DNA from: Candidatus Krumholzibacteriota bacterium
Lineage (GTDB): Bacteria > Krumholzibacteriota > Krumholzibacteriia > JAJRXK01
Assembly (NCBI GenBank): GCA_963764625.1
Contig: CAVXTH010000002.1
Location: forward strand, 1-64,000
DNA: 64,000 bases
Direction: 5' to 3'
How positions within the stretch are numbered: the stretch's first letter is position 1; every line of letters begins with the position of its first letter. Below the pieces are notes generated by a model, which worked only from the letters and a program-made list of their open reading frames with translations, ran no database searches and was not told where the DNA came from. Below are positions 50,938 to 58,779 of the stretch, piece by piece. The position numbers and the translations under genes are program-made.

Positions 50938-51236
50938 GCTGGAAGATTGGTGACGCCGCAGACTTCTTGGAGCTGACCACCGAGGAAGTCGCATTCATCG
51001 AAAGGAAGCTGGCGTTGAGTAGAAGCCTGCGGCAGGAACGCGAGAAACAGGGAATTACCCAGGTCGCGTTGGCAAAACTCATCAGTTCAAGTCAGTCATG
51101 TGTGGCAAAGATGGAAGCTGGAGACTCAAGTGTGACGATCGACCTGCTGATGCGAGCCCTACTGGCTCTCGGATTGACGAAGAAAGACCTGTCAAAGATT
51201 GTCGCGAGGGCAGACCATATCGCGACCGCTGTCTAA
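50937..51236 (+). pseudogene. XRE-family HTH antitoxin, 5' truncated
   Basis: GWKIGDAADFLEL...TQVALAKLISSSQSCVAKME. Oriented opposite to the cassettes. Confidence 0.7.
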
Positions 51237-51330
51237 CGTCGGGGATCAGCTGCAGGCGAAAGTGGCGCGCGCTTTGCGTATGCAAAGGGCGTGAGAACCG
51301 CTCCTGGCGGTTCGGCGGTCAGCGGCAATT
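51231..51330. mobile_element. attC site, degenerate
   Basis: GTCTAACGTCGGGGATCAGCTGCAGG arm resembles the other sites. Confidence 0.55.
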
Positions 51331-51844
51331 AGTCGTGCCACTCGGCGGGCGGTCTTCCAAGCCAGACCCAAGCGATGTAGTCCACGAATGGAGGCTCGCC
51401 TCCTACCTCTCGGAGCCGGCGATTGATCTGCCCACGATGGTACGTGCAGTGCGAGACCACCTGATAGAGCGTCTCACCCAGCGTGGTCGGCGCCGGCGAT
51501 CGGCCGAGTCGCTCCCCTATTCGGCTCGCCCACGGCAGGTCCAGCCGTGAATTCAGGTCGTTGTCCCTGAGTTCGCGGATGAACGCGGCTGCGGAACGGT
51601 AATAGGCTTGAGCCCACCCATGGAGCCCTTCATACGTAGTGAGTTGCTCTGCCGCCGACATATCCAGCGGTTCGTGGCGCCACACCATCATAAAAGCGCG
51701 CTGAGCCGAATGGAGATGCAAGAGCGTATCGAAGAGCGCCGGGTCGCGCGCACCGGATTGCGCCGCCCGGATTTCTTTCCAGACGAGCGAGTCGGCCCAT
51801 TCCATGTGCTCGTACAGGTCTTTTAGCAACGTCAATGTCATCAC
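51329..51844 (-). CDS. DinB family protein
   Basis: HMEWAD, LLHLHSAQ, HCTYHRGQ. Confidence 0.9.
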   Translation of the reverse strand: MMTLTLLKDLYEHMEWADSLVWKEIRAAQSGARDPALFDTLLHLHSAQRAFMMVWRHEPLDMSAAEQLTTYEGLHGWAQAYYRSAAAFIRELRDNDLNSRLDLPWASRIGERLGRSPAPTTLGETLYQVVSHCTYHRGQINRRLREVGGEPPFVDYIAWVWLGRPPAEWHD

Positions 51845-52169
51845 AATTCAACTCGACCCAAGAAGGCTACGGTTTGATACACACCAGCCGACGCATTCGA
51901 GTCGGCCTCAGCGACACCTAACTTGAATTATGCGGTGCACGTCCTCACGAACACGCCCGCTAGTTCCAGAACTCTCACCACTTCTTGTTTCGCCGTCGTT
52001 CCTCTTCCGCTTCTTCATCTGTCTCGATCTCCGCACCGGCTCGCCCCCGATCCATCCTGAGCATACAACAATCACGCCAAATTTGCCCGACATCCCCGGT
52101 TCGATCCAGCGAGATATTGGGGAGAGCGACCGGTGCCATTATGAACAGCTGGCACGATCGACGAGTGGT

Positions 52170-52682
52170 TCATTCGGCCTGTGGAAGCGACCGGACGTAT
52201 GATGCCCAGTTCTCCGGTAACCTTTCTTGGCCGGTAATCTCCAGGAAGCGTTCGACCGTCACAGACACTTCTCGAAAGCGGGCAGAGGCGACCAGCTCGC
52301 CGTTTTCGCCCCTCGCCTCTGCGTAAACGATCATGGAGTTTCCGGTTTCGGGTCGTTCAACCACCTCTCCACTTAGCATGAGTTTCTCGGAGGTCTTGCC
52401 AGGATGATGATAGGTTGTCTCCGCAGATTGAAGGAGCCAGATCCTTTCGGCCTGCCCTGCAGCTGTCATGGCCACCCAAGTCGAAAGGCAATCCAGGACA
52501 GTGAAGATTGCCCCACCATGAACTACTCCTGGAAATCCCGCCATTTCTTCGGTCGGCTTGAATGATCCGAGTAGCCTGGTTGGCACATCTTTATCTTTGA
52601 ATACCTCAATCCTAAGACCCTTAGGATTCTCGTGCCCACATCCAAAGCAAGTATTTCCTTGGAGCAGCTCTAGGTTCAGCAA
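52170..52682 (-). CDS. PaaI family thioesterase
   Basis: CFGCGHENPKGL, GFPGVVHGG...LD. Confidence 0.85.
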   Translation of the reverse strand: MLNLELLQGNTCFGCGHENPKGLRIEVFKDKDVPTRLLGSFKPTEEMAGFPGVVHGGAIFTVLDCLSTWVAMTAAGQAERIWLLQSAETTYHHPGKTSEKLMLSGEVVERPETGNSMIVYAEARGENGELVASARFREVSVTVERFLEITGQERLPENWASYVRSLPQAE

Positions 52683-52775
52683 TCCAGATGTTATCCCTGT
52701 CTCACTTTCTCCTCAGATGGGTGATCGTTGGCCAACGAGGGGTGCGGTAAACCAACACCCATTCTTACGCGCTCT

Positions 52776-52865
52776 CCCTAACGTTCCCGCGCTCAGCCGT
52801 GGGCATGGCATGATTTCCAAACAGCTAGCAGCCGGCGGCCTGTCGGCTGCAGCGGCATGTTAGGC
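52776..52865. mobile_element. attC site (90 bp)
   Basis: CCCTAAC...GCTCAGCCG / CGGCTGCAGC...GTTAGGC. Confidence 0.85.
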
Positions 52866-52890
52866 GGCTCGTTCCCTCTTAGGGCCTTAC

Positions 52891-53529
52891 TCATTCACGT
52901 AGCTCGGTCTCCCGATGTGAACGGGCTAGACTCCCGAAGTAAAGGCAATAGAGTTCATGGCTCTTACCCAAATAGAGCCTCTGCCGCTCGTGCATTGGCA
53001 ACCCCCTAAGCTCACGAGTATCTATGAACGGTGGCAGGACGATAGCCACGTCCGGAGTCAATCCCAAAGCCCTCTCAAGTAACACGTCCGAAGGGGGCTG
53101 CGTATTCGATCGACGGAACCGATAGACATGGCTGGGACCGCTCGCAGCCCAATCCGGATCGAGAAAAGCCGCATCAAGCTCTGGGCATGCATCCAGTGTG
53201 CCCTCGTCCAGCACGTCCCCCAAGACAAATGTAACCTGACTTATCAACCCAGCTTTCTCAACGTTTTGACGGGCCTGCGCCTGATACATCGGATTGATCT
53301 CAATCGTCACCACCTGAGCCGCCTCTCGTGCGAGCGCAATAGTCGTGAAACCGGCACCTGTACACGTCTCAAGCATCCGCCGACCCGTGAAGCGCACAGC
53401 CATGTGCTTCGCGAATCGACGGTCAATCCCCATTGTGTAAGCCTGGGTGTTCGCGACGTAGTCACCTCCAAACTTCGCACGGACTCTTTCAGGGTCCACA
53501 ATCATCCCATCACCTCGGCCAGCATTCAT
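52891..53529 (-). CDS. SAM-dependent methyltransferase, Tgs1/RsmD-like, cassette
   Basis: ETCTGAGFTTIALA, TIEIN, FLDPDW. Confidence 0.7.
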   Translation of the reverse strand: MNAGRGDGMIVDPERVRAKFGGDYVANTQAYTMGIDRRFAKHMAVRFTGRRMLETCTGAGFTTIALAREAAQVVTIEINPMYQAQARQNVEKAGLISQVTFVLGDVLDEGTLDACPELDAAFLDPDWAASGPSHVYRFRRSNTQPPSDVLLERALGLTPDVAIVLPPFIDTRELRGLPMHERQRLYLGKSHELYCLYFGSLARSHRETELRE

Positions 53530-53578
53530 TGCCGCCTAACTTGAATTGAGCTGCTCGAGTTTATTGTAGGATCTCCCA

Positions 53579-53983
53579 TCAATCCGAACCTACCCGCGAC
53601 GTAGGATCTCTGCAATCCCCCGCATGACCTTGTGCCACGGCGAGATCGAGCGCTGTTTTCCCATGGAAACCGTACGCGCCTGTTCCCCGGATTTCTTTGT
53701 CAGCCCCCGAGGCCACCAGAACTCGCACGATTTCTTCATGACCGCCAATGACGGCTAACATGAGGGCGCTCAGGTGATACTTCGCCGTGTGATTTAGGTC
53801 GGCATCATGTTCTATCAGAAAGCGAACGACATCGGTGTGGCCTCTGTGTGAGGCGATCATGAGCACGGTCTGGCCATGCCGGTCGCGCGCGTCAATGTCA
53901 GCACCCTTAAGAAGAAGATCCTGCAAAGCACCAACATCAGAGGCTTCAGTAGCAGTTTCCCAAGGGTTGTCCAAGTTACTCAT
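53579..53983 (-). CDS. ankyrin repeat protein cassette
   Basis: GQTVLMIAS..GH..VV..L, SALMLA..GH, GKTALDLA. Confidence 0.85.
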   Translation of the reverse strand: MSNLDNPWETATEASDVGALQDLLLKGADIDARDRHGQTVLMIASHRGHTDVVRFLIEHDADLNHTAKYHLSALMLAVIGGHEEIVRVLVASGADKEIRGTGAYGFHGKTALDLAVAQGHAGDCRDPTSRVGSD

Positions 53984-53997
53984 TCTCGGAGAAGTCA

Positions 53998-54132
53998 GCC
54001 TAATGTGTACGCTCAGCAGCGAGGCCCCATTGGCGGGGCAGCTCCTAAGCCTGAATCCTTCGATAGCTCTAGTCTGCCCCCAAAGCACCTGGCGTGACAA
54101 GGGGTCTTGGCTGCTGGAGCGGAGGGCTAGAC
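53998..54132. mobile_element. long-type attC site (135 bp)
   Basis: GCCTAAT...GCTCAGCAGC / GCTGCTGGAGC...GCTAGAC. Contains the stop codon of the upstream ORF. Confidence 0.75.
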
Positions 54133-54417
54133 GTCCGGCCCAGATCCCATGGAGTCCATCATCCGCATCGCCGACTTAGCGAGTCCACTATATGGGAAGC
54201 GCTCGAGGCAGCTTTCGTAGTGGTGCCGCGCTCGATGGCCGTAACCGATCTGGCTGTAGCAGAAACCAACATTGGCCAAGGCCATTTCGCGATAGCTCGC
54301 GGCCGACGACGAGAGAAGCACGACCACGCGAAATCGGTCGATCCACGATTGGCGGTCGAGAAACGCTAGGCTGCTCAGGAACCGGGGAATCGCAGACTCA
54401 AACTCCTGCTTCTTCAC
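54127..54417 (-). CDS. TPR-like protein (possibly a fragment)
   Basis: YREMALANVGFCYSQIG...ARHHYESCLERFP. Confidence 0.6.
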   Translation of the reverse strand: MKKQEFESAIPRFLSSLAFLDRQSWIDRFRVVVLLSSSAASYREMALANVGFCYSQIGYGHRARHHYESCLERFPYSGLAKSAMRMMDSMGSGPDV

Positions 54418-54676
54418 GAGCCCAATGCCGTTGTTAGGCGGAGTCTACCGCCAGTAAGAGAACCCTTCTTGAGCACGGTGCGAGTCTCTTCGAGAGCCTC
54501 GGGCGGACTAATGTGCCCTCGTGGCACCACGGTGACGTTCAGGCCCGGTGGCTCACCCACACAGTCCGATTGGCCCACCACGGCGAGCGCGGGCCCCATG
54601 TGCTGGCATGTCGATGAAGACCCCGGGCATGAAGACGATCGGCATGTCTGAGTGAAGCGATACCCGGGCCGGCCGC

Positions 54677-55819
54677 TCAGTCCGGCTCCCCTCCCAGTTC
54701 GATCGGTGCGACATCGGCGGGCCGACCGGCAATGACTGCCCTCACCCGATCGGTCGCGTCGGGGCCGGCATCCAGCCAAATCGCAACGATCTCCGCCACG
54801 GTCCGGTAGACCTCCGCGGCGCGCGCTGCCGGACGGGCGGGCTCGCCGCGCGGATCGGGTACCTCCAGAGCAGTGGAGTAGACCGGCCAGTTCTGGAAGT
54901 CGAAGTGCGTGATGATGTCCGGCGGACGAACGCCACCGACCCGCAGCACCGTTCGATAGCGGGAACCGACCTGCTTCACCTTCGAGAGATCACGCACGGA
55001 ATTCGCGACGCGATAGATATCGAGAAAGGGAACCCGCAGGCTCGCAGGCGACCATCCGAGAGAATCGAGGACCGCGACGCCATCGCGCGTCCCGGCCGAT
55101 CCGTCCAGCGCGACGACCCCACCGATGCCATCCAGTCGCGATGCGAGCAGAACCGCCTCCAGCCCACCGCTGGAGTGACCCATGAGGGTCACGTCCTCGG
55201 ATCGGGCGCCGGGAAAGCGCCGCAGGGCCGCCAAGCCTCGCTCCGCATCCGCCATCTGGCGCTGGATGGTCGCGACCCCGAAGCGGAAGCCGCCCTCGAT
55301 CGTCTCCGGCACCTGACTCACGACGCCGACGATGAATCCCTCCGAGGCGAGCCGCTCCCAGAGCAGGGTGCTCTCGAGCGACCAGTCTCCCAGACCCAGC
55401 AGGTGGAGGACCAGTCGATGGGCCCCCGGCGCCGGCGGGGGATCGCGCCTGGCGGCGACGGGCAGCCTCGCCAGGGCAGTCCACAACGAGTCACTGGCGG
55501 GCGAGAACTGCCGTCGCCCTGTGTCTAGTTCCCGCGCGGTGAGGGCCGCCGCCCAGTCGGTCGGCCCCCCCGATCCACCGGGTGCCAAGTAGTCCCCGAA
55601 TCGCAGCAACTCACCACCGGTGTCGGCCGGATACCAGATCAGGAGCCGGCCCGGTCGCCCGGTGCTGTCAGGATCGATCCAGCGGACCGTGAAGCCGACC
55701 CGGTGTGGCCCGTGATGTTCCGGGCTGAGCGGCGCGACAGACTGCCCGAGGGCGGCTGTTGCCGCCATGGCTATTGCCAGGACAAGGATCACCGGACCGC
55801 GGATCGACAGCTGGTTCAT
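54677..55819 (-). CDS. secreted alpha/beta hydrolase
   Basis: Signal peptide from MNQLS, GPHRVG, IWYPA, GHSSGG, ALDG, HFDF. Confidence 0.75.
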   Translation of the reverse strand: MNQLSIRGPVILVLAIAMAATAALGQSVAPLSPEHHGPHRVGFTVRWIDPDSTGRPGRLLIWYPADTGGELLRFGDYLAPGGSGGPTDWAAALTARELDTGRRQFSPASDSLWTALARLPVAARRDPPPAPGAHRLVLHLLGLGDWSLESTLLWERLASEGFIVGVVSQVPETIEGGFRFGVATIQRQMADAERGLAALRRFPGARSEDVTLMGHSSGGLEAVLLASRLDGIGGVVALDGSAGTRDGVAVLDSLGWSPASLRVPFLDIYRVANSVRDLSKVKQVGSRYRTVLRVGGVRPPDIITHFDFQNWPVYSTALEVPDPRGEPARPAARAAEVYRTVAEIVAIWLDAGPDATDRVRAVIAGRPADVAPIELGGEPD

Positions 55820-56062
55820 ATCACGCTCGCTCCGACAGAAGAAGAAGGAGGGAGGATCGCGGGCATCGCATCGAGGACGACCGTCTTCGAATGCTAACAT
55901 CGACCTTCTAGTCGCACAAGGGCGGGGTGACGACAACTGGCGCGGTACCGGAGGTTGCCGGGCGCGCTGCAGACCGTCGAGTCGCCCGACACTCCGTGCC
56001 ACCGGCACGTTGTCGTGCTCATCCTCGCTTCCGCAGACGAAGAGGGCCGGCACCGTGGAGTG

Positions 56063-56212
56063 AGCCCGCGATCAAGTCCATGGGTGTAGATCATGGTCGT
56101 CTTCACACTCGAATGACCAAGAGCTCCTGGACGATGCGAATGTTGGCGCCATCCTCCAGCAGGTGTGTGGCGAAGCTGTGGCGGAAAGTGTGGCAGCTGG
56201 CGCGCTTCGAAT
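56063..56212 (-). pseudogene. intI: integron integrase C-terminal remnant
   Basis: Reads [29 protein letters not shown], then after a 1-bp shift [19 protein letters not shown]. This is tyrosine recombinase box II with an IntI-like tail, next to the attC array. Confidence 0.7.
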
Positions 56213-56745
56213 TGAGAGTCCAGAGGCCGATTTCTCATTCTTCCTCTTGCACCAAACGTATATTTGTATAACTTGAAGTTGCCTCCCCGATTACTCAGGG
56301 CTTTCCGTTCCACCGAGCGCGTTGAGCAGGGCTGCTCAGTGCGAGCGGGCCTGCACCTGCTCACAAGCTTGGGAGAGGTTTCGTGAGCCAGAGAAGGCTG
56401 AATCCCTGGGAAGAAACGACAATTTAAAGCAAATCCCACGCGTCCGCTGGCCGTGAGGGGGAACCCTATGCGCTGCGGACCCGGCTGGAAGGGCATGGAA
56501 CTAGCCGGGCAGCAAAGCGCAGATTTGGTGAATAAACATGAAAACTCAGATACGAGGAAGTCTCAGAGGAATGTCAACCAACTCCGAACGTCGAGACACT
56601 TTGGAACGGGCACGGACCAACCCCGAACCGGCAACCACGACCTCCTCTCAAGGACCATGACCTGAAGCGCGGGAGAGGACGTATGACACACATTCGAATC
56701 CTGACCCTTAGCTCTATCGCTCCATGCGGGCTCTGATGCTCGATA

Positions 56746-57330
56746 TCACGCTTTCAAGACCTGATCGAATAGAGCGAGCAAGGTGCTCCAATGACGTTCA
56801 CCGGCCGCTGCATCGTAGTTTGCAGTATCCCTGATCACAAAACCGTGACGGGCTGAATAGGTCTCGAGCTCGTAGTCCACCCCGGCTTGGGACAGGGCCT
56901 GATCGAGTCGGGACTTCATCTCCTCGGGAAATGACGCAGCCGCGAGTGAGGCGGCCCCACCCATGCAGTAGCCGGTGGTTCCGATGCCTCCCGGCCTGAC
57001 TTCGGGCTGAGACTCGAGATAGTCCAAGAATGCTCTCGTGTCGGACATGAGATTGGGAAGTGTCGCGGGCGCAAAGAACTTCTCCATGAGGACCTTGCGC
57101 TCTTCCGGGATGCGGAACACGGTCTTTGCATTCATCGGTGCGTAGGGACCAGAGCGATAGAACAGATCTGGTAGGAGCACAAAGTAGTCGTGGGATGCGA
57201 GACGCTGTCCTATCTCAAGCATGGCGGCGCGGGATGGTAGACGTAGCTCGGACATGAGCCATCTCTGGTCTTGACCATGACCTTCGAATACGTCATGACA
57301 ACTCTCCCCTACTGCCCGAATCGAGTGCAA
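56746..57330 (-). pseudogene. dienelactone hydrolase with internal deletions
   Basis: LPDLFYR, GYCMGG and HGF are present. The segment between AAA and SFPEE and the N-terminus are missing. Confidence 0.7.
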
Positions 57331-57354
57331 CTGGGTTCCAGCCTGGCTCCATTC

Positions 57355-57642
57355 TCACTTCTTTCCCCACCGCCAACGGAGCGGTTCTCCCTTCCACCAG
57401 CAAACGGCGAACAGCCCAAGCGTGACCACCAAGCTGTAGAGACCGAATCCCATGGCTCCTTTCTCGGGGTGCAGCGCGGGAATCGCTCCCAGGATCAAGA
57501 CGAAATACACTGCCAGAACGAGCCAACCCTGCCAGGTCGCCGGGAAGCTCCAGCCCCAGCCATACCGTTTCGCCGAAAACCAGTACCGCTTCTCGGCGTG
57601 CTCGCTCAGCCCTCGATGAGTGCTCTCTCTGAGAGTCATCAA
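57355..57642 (-). CDS. small membrane protein
   Basis: WFSAKRYGWGW...WQGW, KGEP.RWRWG. Confidence 0.75.
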   Translation of the reverse strand: MMTLRESTHRGLSEHAEKRYWFSAKRYGWGWSFPATWQGWLVLAVYFVLILGAIPALHPEKGAMGFGLYSLVVTLGLFAVCWWKGEPLRWRWGKK

Positions 57643-57855
57643 TTGGGATACCTCCTTCAGAGCTAGTTGATCCTCAGCAAAATCTCCCCGGGTTCCTCGC
57701 TGAACCGAAGCGATGCGAAGCCGAAGGAGCCGTCACCACAGCGGAAGACCTGCACCTTCCACTTTTCGTCAGGCGCGAGCAGTTCCTCATAGCTGATTGA
57801 TCGTTGTGTGGCGGACAAGGCTGAGGTGTCTTCACGCGTTGTGGTCTTGACGGAG

Positions 57856-58779
57856 TCATCCGTCATCGCTTTTCGCCACCTCCACCCGGTTGCGTCCATT
57901 CTCCTTCGCGCGGTAGAGGGCTTGGTCGGCCCGCTGCACCAGCGCGTTCACATCTACCTGCCTCATCCCGTCATTCACGGCAACCCCCAGGCTGACGCGA
58001 ACAGGGATCATTCCCTTCGACGTGTCCACGCGGTCGGCCGCGATACCGGCGCGGAGCCGCTCCGCCAGGGCGGCGCCACCCTCCCTGCCGCACCCCGGCG
58101 CGACGACGAGGAATTCCTCGCCGCCATAGCGGCCCAGCGCATCGTACTGGCGAAGGAGTGCGAGCATACGTTGCGCCGTCGCGCGGAGCACGGTGTCACC
58201 GGCCATGTGGCCGAAGGTGTCGTTGACTTGCTTGAAATAATCCAGATCGACCATGATCACACCCGTCGGATGGCGGCCTTCCCGCTTGTCTCTGGCCAGT
58301 TCCCGTCCCAGGATCAGAAGTATCTCTTCATGGTTCCAGAGATCGGTGAGAGGGTCGTGAGTAGCCTTCACCCGCTGGATCTCGCGCGCCGCAATCAGCT
58401 CGGTCTGCAGCTCGACGATCCGGCGCCCCGCGCGCAGACGCACCTTCAGTTCGCTCGAGTTGAACGGCTTGGAGATGTAGTCGTCGGCGCCTGCCTCCAT
58501 CCCCGCGACGAGAGCCTGTTCACCGATCTTGGCCGTGAGGAGAATGATGTACGTGTAGGAATTTCTCGCTTCCTTCCGCAGAGCGCGGCATACGCCCACA
58601 CCGTCCATTCCCGGCATCATCCAGTCGAGGAGGGCGAGCTGCGGGGCGTCATTCGCCTGCAGCACCTGCAGCGCCGCCAGGCCGTCCGAGGTGGCAATTA
58701 CTTCGTAGCCCCACTTGCCCAGCTTGGCTTCCAGCAAGCGACGGGTAACCGCGTCATCCTCGGCGATCACAATCTTCAT
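57856..58779 (-). CDS. response-regulator diguanylate cyclase (REC-GGDEF)
   Basis: LDWMMP receiver, DLDYFKQVND, RQYD I-site, GGEEF. Confidence 0.92.
   Translation of the reverse strand: MKIVIAEDDAVTRRLLEAKLGKWGYEVIATSDGLAALQVLQANDAPQLALLDWMMPGMDGVGVCRALRKEARNSYTYIILLTAKIGEQALVAGMEAGADDYISKPFNSSELKVRLRAGRRIVELQTELIAAREIQRVKATHDPLTDLWNHEEILLILGRELARDKREGRHPTGVIMVDLDYFKQVNDTFGHMAGDTVLRATAQRMLALLRQYDALGRYGGEEFLVVAPGCGREGGAALAERLRAGIAADRVDTSKGMIPVRVSLGVAVNDGMRQVDVNALVQRADQALYRAKENGRNRVEVAKSDDG

Noticed and set aside
39911-54439. CRISPR array
   Set aside because: The repeats are degenerate, 66-135 bp long and separated by whole genes, with no cas genes. They fit attC sites.
54414-54660. Hydrolase-like fragment next to half-site GTTAGGC (54433)
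   Set aside because: The fragment is too broken to assign.
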